Below are positions 46,350 to 60,787 of a stretch of DNA of 64,000 nucleotides, one piece after another (position 1 is the stretch's first letter; every line of letters starts with the position of its first letter). Location of the stretch: the NCBI RefSeq assembly GCF_964204645.1, contig NC_134032.1, positions 2,814,175 to 2,878,174 of the forward strand. Direction: 5' to 3'. The notes beneath the pieces were generated by a model. That model saw only the letters and a list, made by a program, of their open reading frames with translations, made no database searches and was not told where the DNA came from. Position numbers and translations under genes: made by a program. This DNA is from Tubulanus polymorphus. Taxonomy: Eukaryota; Animalia; Nemertea.

Positions 46350-47930
46350 CTAACAACCACGGCATTAATTTATTGAAATTGCCGCAAAGTCAATTCTATT
46401 TATAGTATATTTTCAGGAATTCTATGAAATTTCAAATCATCCCATGTCGGAATATGATAACAAATGACTTGAGTTACAATGTACTAGTAAGAAAAATTCA
46501 AATTAAGAATTTAAAATACACAAATAACTGTTCATCTGAAAAAATCTAAGACAAGATTATCAGTACACCTAATGTAAGATCTTTGGACGGTATCGCGAGA
46601 TAAGTCCTCTTAAAGTCACTTTAAGACGCAACGGTTATTGTCGAAATTCGATATTCTGCAAATCGAACTTAGTACAAAGTGGAAAACATTTTTTCACTCA
46701 AATTTCTCTGTCAAATTCGAGACAAGCAAATTCATTTGTTTTTCTATAGAAATCGCTTAAACATATTTCAAAGTTAAGTCTTCACTCAATATCTATTGAA
46801 TCGACATGAAACAGGCAGCACTCTGAGGGGTTTTCTTTATCTATTTGGCAAGTAAGAGTTTTTTTCTGCTAGTCTAAAGAAGCGACCCGATGAAGCTTCT
46901 ATAAACTAGTAGCGATAGATCGTATATATCAAATAAATGTAGACAACCTACAGAGTACTACCTGTTTAACGTCAATTCTTTTGGTTAATGAATTTCGGTC
47001 AATTTATTCTGGTTAAAACGGCTTGCTTCTTCTTAATTTTTTTCCCTATAAATATATGTAGACTTTATATCATTCTAATCATTTCAAAATATCGTATAGC
47101 ACTTAATTGAACGAATAATGTTTATTATTAAGCGCTAAGTAAACTAAACCCATTTTCCTGGCAATCACGGAACTTATTTGTTGAAATTTTCGCACAGACA
47201 ATTCTAATTATAGTATGTTTTCAGTGATTCTATGAAATGTCAAATCAGCCCCATTGTCGGAATATGATAACGAATGACTGAGTTACAATGTACTAGTAAG
47301 AAATATTCAGATTAGGAATTAAATACAAAAATAACTGTTCATCTGAAAAATCAAAGACAAGATTATCAGTACACCTAATGTAAGACTCTGGCGCCCAATA
47401 AACTTCCTATCAGCGAAACAGAAACCTGAATGTCACTGTGGACCAGAATTTCTTATCTCACCAGTTAGAATACTAGACTATGAAACTTACACCGGCCGAG
47501 GCAAGGATTTAATCCCAGGACCCCGGAGACGTCAAATCTTTGGACAATATCGCGAGATAGGTCCTCTTAAAGTCGGATATTAAGATGCAACAGTTAATGT
47601 CGAAATTCGATAATCTGCAAATCGAACTTAGTACAAAGTGGAAAACATTTTTTCACTCAAATTTATCTGTCAAATTCGAGACAAGCAAATTGATTTGTTT
47701 TTCTATAGAAATCGCTTAAACATATTTCAAAATTAAGTCTTAACTCAATATCTATTGAATTGACAGGCAGCACTTTGAGGGTTTTCTTTATCTATTTGGC
47801 AAGTACGAGTTTTTTCTGCTAGTCTAAAGAAGCGACCCGATGAAGCTTCTATAAACTAGTAGCGATAGATCGTATATATCAAATAATAGAACGAATAAAT
47901 GATTATCATTAAGCGCTAAGTAATCTAAAC
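46350..47930. repeat. Diverged ~800-bp tandem duplication with indels; possibly a decayed Penelope-like 3' end
   Basis: 46350-47150 aligns with 47155-47930; ~150 bp extra at ~47388-47535. Degenerate hammerhead-like ccgatgaagct...agcgata in both copies (Penelope call is weak). Confidence 0.7.
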
Positions 47931-49205
47931 AGAAAAATAATTATTAAGAATGTTGGGAGGTGTATTTTTTAACCATGGCGTGTACCCAAATGTAATCTAC
48001 ACCAACTATTGCGTCGTCCTCTCGCCTGGCATTCGGCACCTTGCAAATGACCATCTTCAGGTCGACCGACTTCATACTTTGCACGTCCTCTTTGTTGAGG
48101 ACTCTTGTTTCTAAGGCGTCACTGAAGTTATGCGACGGTCTTTTGCATATATGCTTTTGGCAGGAATTGAGATTTTTTGTGGAATCAACTGCTGCCAAAT
48201 AGATTCCAAATCTTGTCCAGTCGACAAGGAGGACGTCGCCTTCATCGAACTAAAAGAGAATAATAAATCTAATAAATAATCCAATAAATCTAAATCTTAA
48301 TGATATATACATAGCTAATTCCCATAAACCCTTCAAAACCCAGAGTGCAGTAGCAGCATATTTTTATATGTGCATGTCGAACGCATGCGTATTGCAGCTA
48401 TTTATAGTTTCCGAGAACTAGCAAGTTATTATGTTATTCAGTATTTCAATTAAGATGCGTGAATTTCATAAATGAAGACTAAGTCCCTGATGGTGGGAAC
48501 ATTCTATTTAGTGATGGAAAAATGTAGTCCAAAAATATTCTTTAACACAAAATAACAGAACTTGGGATTTTTCCGGGGCTGTATTATAAAACCTACCGTT
48601 TGCTTCGTCTGCATGGGAATGTCAACTAATGGCAGTTCATCACTAAAATTTGGGGAAATCAGCGATATGTCTGCCGTTTTCGCTGGAAAATATCAATTTC
48701 AAACCATATGCATTTTAATGTTAGCCCCATAGTTTTTCGGTAAATTGTGTAAATTATAAAGGATCATTTCATTTTTACCAATAAGAGCTATGCTGGGGTA
48801 TGTTTAATCTTTCACGAAAAATTTATATTTCACATGAATTTGAGCTTGAACACGTAAAATGGAGTCACAACTAATTTTTTTAGATAGATCATCATGATGA
48901 TCGTCTGTCTATTGTTTGTGTTAGTAACTTGGGCTGAGGAGCAGTATAACAGGCATATTATCTGTCAAATACTGCAGTATATATCTATGAACTTATAATA
49001 ATGATAATAGTAATAATAATAACAATAATTATAATGTCATTTATAAAGCGCAGGTATCCTAAACAGAATCTAGATCAAATTCGCCCCAAATTGGTATTGT
49101 TACCCCCAGCCCCTCTATTCCATGTATCAGTAGTAATCAACTTAGTAATGCATCATCAAATTATGTTACGAAATTATATCATAATATATCCAAACTGCAC
49201 AATAA

Positions 49206-49213
<8 letters not shown>

Positions 49214-49275
<62 letters not shown>
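49214..49275. repeat. (TA)n microsatellite
   Basis: Direct reading. Confidence 0.98.
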
Positions 49276-49278
<3 letters not shown>

Positions 49279-51650
49279 TAACGCATTTCTACAGCCACAT
49301 ATGCCACTTAGGCCTTCCCTCTAGCTACTGTTAGCCTATTTATAATATTCACAGCGATAATGGTTGGCGATCACAACAGTACTGTAGGCCCAACACGGTT
49401 AAACCTGACACACGTTGAAAACTCATAATACTCTTAAGATCCACCTATTTTCAAGGGCAGCTGCTCAATAATATTTTACCCCACTAGCCATGTGTCAAGT
49501 GATCACTTAATTGCAGTGGATACTGGCACTTGACCAAGACCGCTCAAAGTGACTTCAGCACTTGAAATGAGTAACAGTAACAATAATGATGATAATTACG
49601 GGTATTTAAGTTGTCAATATTTGTACTTTGAATTAGCCTACATTTTGTTTATGTGTAATCTGAATCTGAATTTGAACTAAGCTAGTTCCCCCTTTATGTT
49701 ATGCAGGGATTTTATAGATTTTGAAGAGATAAATTCTAAAGCTATATTTCTCAAAAGAGGATGATCTAAACACATTTTGATTACAGAAATGAATATAACA
49801 CAGTAATACATGTATGTTTGACGAAAAGAAGGATCCAAATCGGTTAAGTGACAGTTTAGTGGGCCTTCAATAAAGTAAAATGATCTACCTTTACAATTTA
49901 CATCTTGTGGATTTTGATGCCGAATCCTTTTCAATTCCTAGAAATACATGTAAGCACACTGTATGAATATTAGAACATTAAATACAGAAAGCCATCACGG
50001 TAAATTATTTTCCACTGCATTTTCAAATTCAATACATAAAATCTGGGGCTGGTTCATCTGAGTTTAACTTACTAAGCGTACTTTGGATAAGATAATTACT
50101 ACAGGGATAACTTTGGGTAGATGAAATGAATATCAGTGTGTAGCTAGGAGTTCACACTGACGTGAATTTAGCATATCGCCCCTATCGTGTCTTCATCAGC
50201 ACCGTTTTTAACTAAGCGTACTTTTGATTAGATAAACCTTGAAGTAATAAGATTTAAAAATCCTTCAAATTTACACTTTTGAATCATAAATATTTCTGTA
50301 ATCCATCACACTCATTACAGCTACTTGATGTTTAGAGTGTAGGTGCGGGTGACAATGATGAACTGCAGTCATTAATAGATTACGGGGGCCAGTGGTCTGT
50401 AGTCAATTCACTATCACGTGTGTGAACGTACTCTCTGATTTCACCAGTCTGATTACTCCAAGGTCCCAGGAACCATAGAAGTGTAACTGAAGGGCACAGC
50501 TGTTATAATTATCGCTTTTTACCGTTGAAGCATCCCATGTTAGAGCATACTAAATACTTTTTTCCAAGACAAAAAAAAAATCGAATTGGCATACCTGTTC
50601 ATAGAGATGAATCTTTTCGTTTTTTTCCTTATTAGACTTCTATAAATAAAAAAAAAAAACAATGAAGCCGTTAGTTAGGCCTATGTCGACGTTAGTCCAC
50701 GAACCACTGCTGATTACTGCGGCGCACAGCCGCGCGATGTTTAAGATATCGTACAAAAAAGTCGTCGGCCAATATTGAAAGCGCACACTTTGGTGATGAG
50801 CCGACAAAACCATGAAGATATGATTTTCAGAAAAAGGAGTGCGGTAGTCCTTACAGTTCTATCAAAAATATACATAGATTCCAGATCAGGACATGGTTAG
50901 TACAGGACCATGAAATGGGATACTTTTTGTACCCGGTAGTTTGGCAAATTTGTAGTAAGATTTGGTGACACTGACCTTTACTTCCAACAATTCTTCTTCT
51001 AAGCCTTGTATCATGTTAGTGGAGAACTGTTTTTCAATCTTAAAACAAAATTTAAAAAAAAGTTATATTAAGTACAATTATATCACACGGGTGCCAAATT
51101 AGGCCTACAATTACCGTTCGCAGGGGTGACAAATAGGCGCGCGCTAGTTAGACCCGGGACAAATTTAACCCGACCAAAAACGTCGGAGCAGGCCCGAGTC
51201 AAATTTTAGCACGGCCAAATCGTCTCCGTATGATCGCAGGTTTTACTGTATATACATGTTTTAGATGATTTTCATTGTTATCAAGTACGCAAACCTTACC
51301 TCAATATCTTTAAGCCTTCTCTCAGTGGTGGCAAGCTTTTCCCTCAGCTCTGTAACGAGCTGTTGTGTAACAACCTGTAAAATTCGATGCAAGTTGCCAT
51401 TAGTATAAATTTCGACTTGACGTTTGAAAGGAAGCCGGGGTGCCATAACTCGATTAGTTCACCTGATAAAGGTGTTAAAATGACCAGCACAGATGCGCAG
51501 TTCCAATTTTGTTAAATGAAGAAAAACCTAATTGTTTTCTTATGTTTAACAATGTCCCTATAGGTATATATGGGTTAAACTTGATTTACGGCTGGAGTGA
51601 CTTTTTCTCTGATTCACCTTGTGAAAAGAATTTTATGCAATTCTTCAACT

Positions 51651-51764
51651 CCTGGGGCCAGTTTCATAGACAGGTATTAACTTTCACTCGGGGGCTAACT
51701 CAATTCAATTTCAATTGAGTTAACCCCCGGGTTAAAGTTAATACCAGTCTATAAAATCGGGCCA
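51651..51764. mobile_element. Short palindromic MITE with GGGCC termini (second copy at 52389-52506)
   Basis: Fold-back around aactcaatt...aattgagtt; two related copies. Confidence 0.7.
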
Positions 51765-54706
51765 TGCAGTACAGGATGGATTGAGAATCGATATTTTATT
51801 TCTCTGGTTTAGCATGCTGATCATTTTGACACATGTCAAGTACATACTACCAAAACTGACTGTTGTTGTGGCACCCGATGTCCTTTGAAACAACTTGAGG
51901 ATTACATTATCGATATATACCTCATTACTAGGTTCGGTCTGGCTTGTCGCATTGATTTGATTCACCTATAAAATACACAGCAGTTACCATTGAACGTAGA
52001 AAGCGAGACATAGCTGAAACCGATTTCGTTCTCAAGTAGTGGTAGGGTCGTTATGAACTGTATAATTCACTGAGAGGGAAAGCGACGGCAAATACAGTTT
52101 TTTCTTTTATAAACAAAAATACTAAGATTTACTTGCCTGTAAGCGTAAACTCTTCGTAGGTAGAACATGGGATATCTAAAGAAATATGCACTTGAGTTAC
52201 ATATAACATGACTAATGGTTGATTGGATATATAAAAAGAACTGTTCTAACACGTATCCGTGTAATCATTGGTTTATCAACATTAATGAGTTACAAGTGCA
52301 AAAAACACAAGTGATTATACAATATAATGTAAATACGTTTAACCCTTACGGAAGCGTCCTGGAAAATATCATTGTTTGATTAAAAAATCCTGGGGCCGGC
52401 TTTATAGAATTGTATTTATCTTTTACCCAGAGCTAACTCAATTCATTTTCAATTGAGTTAACCTCTCGGTTAAAAGTTAATACCAGTCTATAACACCAGG
52501 CCCTGGGTATTTTATTCAAAAATTCTATTTTTGTTTAATTCAGACGTTGGATATTTTTCGAAAATAGGATTTTTTAAAAAATGTTTTCAATGTTCCTAGG
52601 ACGCTTCCCATTTTAAACTTTTTTGAATGATAACTAACCTCTAAATCGTGGCGCGGACGTCTTCGTTTATTGCCATCAATAAAGGTACTCTGAAGCTAGT
52701 AGAAGTAGATAACATATAGAGGTCAACAATTCATTGACCTACAATATCAGTAATTGTAACAATCGATGTTGATTTTGAAAAAAAACTTAGTTGGTCGCAT
52801 AGAATGGGTGTAAGCTTTTAGACAAGCAATGAAAAATTGTAACAACAATATCTACGTAAATGACATATTCCATACCTCTTGGCTGATTGATGCGTGTTCT
52901 TTTTCCTGAAAAGAAAAAAGTATATTAATGAATTCTGATTTTACTCTTATAAATTAAGTTTTTATCACCCACGCAACCAGAGCAAAAAGGCATCTCAATA
53001 CATAGAGGACGCGTGTGCCTTGATTCACCAGCCAGCCAGCCCATCTTATACGTGCTGAGAAATAATGCACTAAATTTTTTCTCAGAAAATCTTAATGAAA
53101 ATGCGCCTAGGCAGCCGATGACTGACAAAGAAATAAACCTAAAAAATGCTCAACGTGCCCGTGCAATAGTCATATACTTACTATGAAGACACTAGGGTCG
53201 TCTTCCATATCCATATCTTCTGCAAATGATGACTGGTCAACTTCCAACTGAAACCGAATAGAAATGAGAAAATTCCTTTGATCATGACTTCCAATAAAAG
53301 AATGTTGATTGAACACTGATGACTATCAATCAAAATGAGTTAACTGAGAGATTACGTACTGTTCACAGTCAAAGGTTTATCATCCTCAAACATAACTTAA
53401 GTTAAGTGGGCCTCAGATAAACCTAAGGCCCTAAGACAAACCACTAATATACAATAATCTTCTTTTGGGCAAAAATCGGGGAGGGGGAGGGCTCCTAGAA
53501 CCCAACTGAATCCACTCCTTCTGTACTAATCGTCCATGCTTTAAGTTCTTATGAAGTGATAATATTTTTACAATCATAAATTACCTCTCCGGTGACTCGT
53601 CGATCTAAATTTGCTCTGTTTTGCTGAAACAAAATCTCCCTCTTGATAATAACTCATGAAACATATTCATCATTTGTAAGAAATGTGACATATACGAAAA
53701 AAGAGCTATATGAGCTGTAAGTGTCTGTACCTCATTTTCAGCTTGTTCATTCTTCTCTCGTTCTACGGCAGGCTGTAAACAAATGAAATATATCAGTATG
53801 AGAATCCATATCAGACATGTTTGGTTAATTTTTAAATGAGAAGCTACTAAATTGTTATACTTACTTCCCTAGTCTTAGCAGCTGTAGTCTTAGTAACCCT
53901 GTAAATGGAATGAATAAATAAATTAAAATATGATTTATAGACATTATATATATAACAGATAAATAGCAAACTAACCTGGCTCTACTACTGCATAATGGAA
54001 TAATGTCTTTTTGGTCGATTTTTCCGTTGGTAATATCCTTCATGATAGCCATCATATCCGGTACAGGTAATGATACCAAAGATTTGACCTTCCTTGACCC
54101 AAAAGGTACCAATGTTTTCCTTTTTTCGCCATTCCTGTCGATTGTTTCATATTTTTGGCCTTTGATATGCCCCTTCGACCATCCTTCGATCATTTTTTCC
54201 CATAGCAGCCATGCACACGTGGGCATTTGTGCTGCTTTAATGACGATACGGTACCGATCGTTGAGTTGCTTGCGCTAAAAGAAAATATTGGTTTGAGTGT
54301 GATACCAGTTTATGGCCGCGATCACACGAGCATTTTTGGCATTTTTACACCGGCCAAATTGGCCCGGGAAAACTGTTTAGACGGGTACCCTTTTTGGCGT
54401 GTGTCTGCTTGAGGGTCAAACTTGGCCCGACCAAAAACATCGGACTTGGGCGGACCAAATTTGTGTCCAGGACAAATGAGTGCGTCTGAATCAAAAATGT
54501 CTAAAACTGAGAGAGAATCGAATTCGTCAAATGAAGAATGTCTTGCTCTACTTGGAATCTGGAAGTAAGACTTCATCCAGGCCCAGTTAATTATCTAGCA
54601 GATGGCAACATCTTGTGGGCCCAGAGACAAGCGATTTTATCAACGCGTGTCAAAACGCCGTGTGAACGCTAACCAAAATTTGGTCCGGTCTAAATTTGGA
54701 CCGGAC

Positions 54707-54851
54707 CAGGGCCCAGTTGCACAGTCGTGACTTAAGTCTAAAAGTGGTCTTAAATCTTAAGACTGATCTTAATTTGTTAGATTGGCTATAGAACTAAGTT
54801 GGTCTTAGACTGGTCTTAAGTCTAAGCCACGACTATGCAACTGGCCCCAGG
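54707..54851. mobile_element. Palindromic MITE nested in a larger GGACCGG-rich repeat (~54315-55070)
   Basis: TIRs gggcccagttgcacagtcgtgactta / taagccacgactatgcaactggcccc. Confidence 0.75.
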
Positions 54852-55290
54852 TACTGACTCATTTAGACCGGTCTAACTAGTTGTCGTGTGAACGCGGCTA
54901 GAGATTTAATCCGTACCAAAATTTGGACCGGACCTGGTTCACTCTTTGTGGTCAAAATTAGATCGGTCTAAAATGGACCGGGCCAATTTGGAACGGAATT
55001 TTTGCCGGTGTGAACGCTTGGTCGGGTCTAAATTGGACCGGATCAAATTTAGACCGGTCTAAATAACGTTGTGCAAAAACTCTGTAGTGTTTCGTTTCAT
55101 TCCAAAAAATACAGTTCCATTAGCGGGAAACGATCTGCCAAAAGCAACACTGCCGAGTGCTATATCGACGGTTCAAACCACAAATCACAACGACTTGACT
55201 CTTTTAGTTTCACTTACGTACCATTATTCTCAAGTATTTGAAATAATCAAAGAAGTCACACATAATAGAATTCTAGATTCACGATGGCAA

Positions 55291-55416
55291 TTATTACAAC
55301 GAGATCACACCGTTTCGGCTTTTGACTAACAGCCATAGTCAGGTGGATGATAATCTCATTCCATCTGATTATGGCTGTTAGTCAAAAGCCGAAACGTTGT
55401 GGATTCGTTGTAATAA
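55291..55416. repeat. Inverted pair of Penelope-type minimal hammerhead motifs (core mutated)
   Basis: Arms 55291-55347 / 55360-55416. + copy: ccat-CTGATTA-tggct...agcc-GAAACGTT-gtgg; G8 is replaced by U in both copies. Confidence 0.7.
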
Positions 55417-55717
55417 GACCCCCTTACTCTTAGGTGTTGGGTTTAGGGGTTCTTAGGTTTAGTGACACCTATATATACTTTACTAAACTTAAGACCCCAC
55501 ATTTCTCGGCTCTGATAGATAAAGCAAATTTAGATTGGAAGGATCATTTTAACTGATACCTGTTTATAAGAACCATTTTAAATCGTCCAAACTATACAAG
55601 TCACATTAATGCAATATACTAAACCTATCATACTACTCTATTGGGGAACTTCTCCACTTATCTCTATAGTTTAGACGGATTAGAGTGTTTTATTCTAATA
55701 CAAGTATTTGAAAACTT

Positions 55718-56284
55718 ACATTGAGACCAAACATAACTTCTAGAGAAGCTTTCCATCTCTGAATTATCTCTTTTCGAGCCGCGATTTCTTCCCCGAAGTC
55801 AGATTTTCCTTCGAGTTGAAGGAGAACGATTCTGGCTGACCGAACCAAGTCGGTATACTTAGTGTCAAGTATCCGGGAGTGTGCCAGATTATGGTCGGCA
55901 GCCAGAAATCTCGCTAAATCATCCGGCATCTGGGCGGAGTATACGCTGCATATCGGCGTCTCATAAACCTTTCGTTTATCTCCTAGATCTGAAAAGAATA
56001 AATGGGACTTGGTTGCAATAATTCAATTTTTACGTCATCACGACAGGGATCAGAAATCATCTTACCTTCTTTTAATAGAACTCTGTTTAGCGCCGCCAGA
56101 GTGTGATTTCCTCCGATAACCTCGAATTCTCCCGCTCCATCCTGCCGCACCAACATTATTGTATAGAATGCGGGATTCTCGAGAAACTGTTTTTCGAGAT
56201 AAGAAACATGATCGCCGTTCAATTCCCGCACTGAACGGCACCATTCTGTCTGTCGAATTTTTGACGCAGGTACTGGCTGAGTTC
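55718..56284 (-). CDS. Two exons of a spliced ParB/Sulfiredoxin-like domain gene (probably part of a multi-exon gene spanning ~47940-58350)
   Basis: VRELNGDHVSYLEKQF...FEVIGGNHTLAAL; GTAAG donor at ~56065 and acceptor at ~55985-55990; next exon VYSAQMPDDLARFLAADHN. Confidence 0.55.
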
Positions 56285-59200
56285 CTACAGTTGGTCAGAT
56301 AAAATTTCTTAATGAGGTTTATCGGCGCGAGTAATTCGTCTTTCGAAATATCACAAGATGTTATTTTTCGTAAATGATCATTAAAATTAGCTCGAATTAA
56401 GACACATAGAAATTGACGTTATTGTCTCAAGAGCAGTTTGCACAACCGGGAGGGATTTCAATTACCCAACCATCGTACAAAGGGGAATCTAGAGATCTCG
56501 TTTTTCAGGATAACTTTTAAGCTCACCTATGAAGAATTTCATAGTATCATCTTTCAGCAAACGCGTTCCTACAATGTTTCAGGTGATATTAGATAAATCA
56601 TGCTCATTTGATATTCCTACATATACTATCTATTTATTTTGAAGGTGGTTTCAGGTAATCTTTTAGATGGCATATGGATTGTTTTTCAATTCAAAAATAA
56701 TTTTAAATATAACGTACTTGCTAGTAACTCACGCGATGTCTGAGGTTCGATTTCTTGACCTGTGGGCAGGAAACATGTTATTCATATGATAATTCAAGTA
56801 ACTTGATAAACCCATTACATATAAAACATATTAGGCGTCATTATTCTGCTTTCATTTTACAATTACCGGTACTCACTTTCACTCGTTTCATTCGCTGATT
56901 CAACTGATTGACCTATAACGGAAATTAAAAATTGAGGAATTATAAAGGAAATATTTTAAAATTTAATCGTTATGGATTGATTAATCTTAATTGTTGAATA
57001 TGGTATGTTTGAATGCTAAAGGGATTGCATTAATGAAGCTTCTAAAGCATCCATCATACTCTACTTACTTGTAAAATGTTCTGGAATATCGTGTCCAAAA
57101 TCTAAAACATTAAGACATTTTCGTGTTAAGTGCAGATAAAACTGTGCTTCTGCTTGGGTCGATATTAATGGAATATAATTTACCATAAACAGATGACTCG
57201 GGCTGTTCTTCAGTTAGTGAGGGAGCGATGCCTAGAAAAAGGAATTCTGCGTATTCATACAACGAAGCATAAGCGTCAAAAATATTCAGTTTATATTTGA
57301 CATCCACACTAATTATTTATAAGCGATTTTGATATTGAAAATTTATTGTTTCAAGCATTGAAACGCTTGTTGCAATGTTGCATTTAAACCTATTCTATTT
57401 AGAGGTCATATAGGTCATATACCCGGGGTAGGTCAGCCTTGGAGCGATCGCGACGCAGAAGCGCTCGGTCAAAAACCCCGTGCATTCAGCAACGAGTGAT
57501 GTCGTTCAGACGCCATGCTCATTAGTGCGCAACTCGCCACTGGTATTTTTCGTCGCTGACATTAGGCGCGATCACACGGAGACGATTTGGCCCGTGCCTA
57601 ATTAGAGAGTGCATTCACACGCAAACCATTCAATCGATACTAAAACAATGCTCGAACAAAGCGAAGTGGGGTTTTTTCCGGTACCAGTTGCAATTCAAAC
57701 GCAATCATTTGTCTCGTGCTAGAATTTGGCTCGGGTGGCCCGGGCCAAAAACACTTGTGTGATCGCGGCTAGTGTTGTAAACATGCTCGGGCCAATGCAA
57801 CCTTGGAGTAATTCAGTCTGATTACCCATAGATGCAACTGACAACATATCGGGGTCTCGCTGACGGTCGCTGCTAATAGTAGTTTAGTAGCTCAAATGAG
57901 TCGCGCATTCGCCAATGATGACTAAGGGCGACCTAAACGACCCACCTATCATAAAAACCTATAACCAGCTTAAAATATCCGATGGCTCCGATGGTACCAT
58001 ATCATCTTATGTTTGGCCAAACAATATGCCGAATAGGCCCCTATGATTAGAGATTTTAGTCGGCAGTTTAACATTAACATTTTTCCCCTCCTGGGAAAAA
58101 TCCTGGATCTGCGCCTGCTTAGTGGATAGAAAGAAATGAAAACAAATTTAGATTTAAGACGCTATACTTACCATTATCCGTCTCATCAACAACATATCTT
58201 GATTGGACCGAGAAGTTTTGTTTAAATTCTCGACTGAAGATCGTCCGCGACTCCGATGCTTGTGGCGTGAAAGTACCACTAGAAGTTCGGAACCTGAAGT
58301 CTTTCAGCGCTAAACATTTGACTTCATTCGATCTTAGAATGATCTACAAGGAAAAGAACTAGACGATAAGAGGTGACATTACCATTAGTAAAAGTTTTTA
58401 TCGTGAAATGAGATGTTTTATCTAGTCCCGTGAGCTGTTTGTTTACGAGTTTTGATTTATAGAGGTTTTATTTTGGTTTGTAGAGGAGTAGCCTATTACA
58501 GATATTCTAAACAAGAAAATTAGTTCCAAGAAGCTGTATGACACCCATGAAAAAAAACCAGGCGACAAGCGAATGCGCCGAGATCCTATATTGTTTCTTG
58601 ATTGGGCATTTCATGACATTCTGTAAATCTATCCAGATTTCTTGTTAGTTGTTTCACAGAAAAATATTATGCCATTATGCATCAGTTACTTGGTGTTCTA
58701 GTTTTAATCGAAATCCCCGAAATTGATATTCGATCATATATATTTTACACCACCTCTCGGTTCAAACTAGCGAACTATGTACATTTTAACCTAACTGAAT
58801 AACAAAGAAAAGAACCAATGCTTGATCCCTTCTTTTTTCACAGTCCAGTAGAAAAGATATTTTAAAAATGTATCAAATATAGGCCTATGGCCGGTGTGGA
58901 CTTTCGTCATAGATCAATGTCGTGTGGAATTATCCACATGTGATTTTCGAAAGGGCACTTGGTCTAAAGTTCGGATCCGCGAACCCCCTCTGGATCCACC
59001 CCTGCGTCTTAATCAGTACCGACATATAGTATATATTTTTGTGTGGATCGTGCTTATCAAAACGGTAACAGGTCAACCCCCCCCCCCCCGATAAATAACC
59101 CCCGGTAAAAATCCCCTAATAATTGGATTTCACAGCAAAATACAATAAGATACTTCGATATTCTTATGTTGAAAAACTTAGATAGTTTGATAAAAAAATT

Positions 59201-59917
59201 TAAATTTGCCGTGGTGTTTTTCACAATATTCACCTTGGATAATCTGTGACTTTTACTAAGCTACGTATGTGCATAAAAATCACATTATCAAAATTTATTA
59301 TTGTTTAGCGCTAAATCTCATAATGTCTCAGAGCGCTTCACGAAAAAATGTTCAACATAACAGTTTGAAATACAATATTCCCTTTAGCTAAATCATTTCC
59401 AGTTTTAAATTTCATCAAAAATATGTTTTAAGTCTTCCTTTTTTTATTTTTTCTTATTTGAATCGACTCGCTCACCCGAATATATATTGGTAAGATTATA
59501 GTGTTGGTGAGATAAAGCTAAAAGATTGGCTACCGATATTCCTCTTTGGGATAGGCGGTTTACATATATATTCCTGAATATTATTGTTAAAAAGTATAAT
59601 CTATTTTCATTTAGGACTTATACTTAAATATGATAGAAAACTGAAATGGGTTTTTACCCGTTGAGAGGGATTTTTACCGGGGGGGGGGGGGGGATATTTA
59701 CCAGGGGATTATTACTATATATACATACATTCTATCAAAAGTATTTGCGCAATCAATGTGAATCAACGTGTACGCTTGAATTGGACAAATCATTCCAATG
59801 TGTACGCATCAATCAACCCCGTCGAATAGTGTACCGCACTAGCTATTATACACACAAAACACGCCCACGCGCAGACAGGTTACCGTACGTCATTGTCGGC
59901 ATTTTAGTGAGGAGAAA

Positions 59918-60787
59918 ATGCCACGAGCAAGACATCACCACGGAGGCTCAACTTTTCCGAACGACGTTAAAGCAAGTATTCCCTTCTTGAAGGAATTTTG
60001 TGATGAACAAATAAAAAGCGATGAAAATATCACGAGTACTCGTGAACTTCATATGGAGTTCGTAGCATGGCTTAAGATCAAAACATGTTAACCAAAGTTG
60101 ATTGATATCGGGAAAGGATTTCAAAGATTCAGTAGGGTATGTTATAATTGAATCGAAGTTATCAAAATCATTATCTAGATTATAATTTTTCATAGATTAT
60201 AAAATAGCTATCACTTTCATCTTTTACTTCAGCAATTGTCAACTGAGGCAGGTATCCGTGGCTGGAAATATTGTTCGCACAAACAACGCGGTTATATGGT
60301 TCAAACTACGAAGGTGACAAGACATAGGTCCGCAGATATAAAAAATGACGACGTTGGTGAAAAAAGACAGGATGTTAAGTTGGAATACAAATTTATATGC
60401 AAGGAAAAGGGGCACGGGGCGATTTCTTCGCGATTTATCAAAGCCGGTGAATTCATTTGCGAATACAAGGGAATGATAATAAGTAAAAAAGAGGGAATAG
60501 AACGCGAAAAAGTCTACCAACGTAACGGAGAGATCGTAACAATGTATGATATGGGCAATAATCTCTGGCTCGATGGTAGTCGAGATAAAAATGGAACACT
60601 TTTGGCCATAGAGGATAATCCAGGTGCATATTTGAACCATTCTAAGTTAAACGCTAACTGTATTATAAAAAACGATGGCAATAACACATTGGAAGTTTAC
60701 GCGAAATATGACATTCCACCGAATCATGAGTTGTTACATAATTACGGAGATCGACGCCGGAATCTTCCACAATGGATCTACAAATAA
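59918..60787 (+). pseudogene. Two-exon gene: winged-helix-like N-terminus fused to a SET-domain lysine methyltransferase (KMT5A/PR-Set7-like)
   Basis: Exon 59918-60136, phase-0 GT-AG intron 60137-60232, exon 60233-60787. KGHG, GEFICEYKG, YLNHS, ELLHNYG. In-frame TAA at 60089-60091. Confidence 0.75.
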
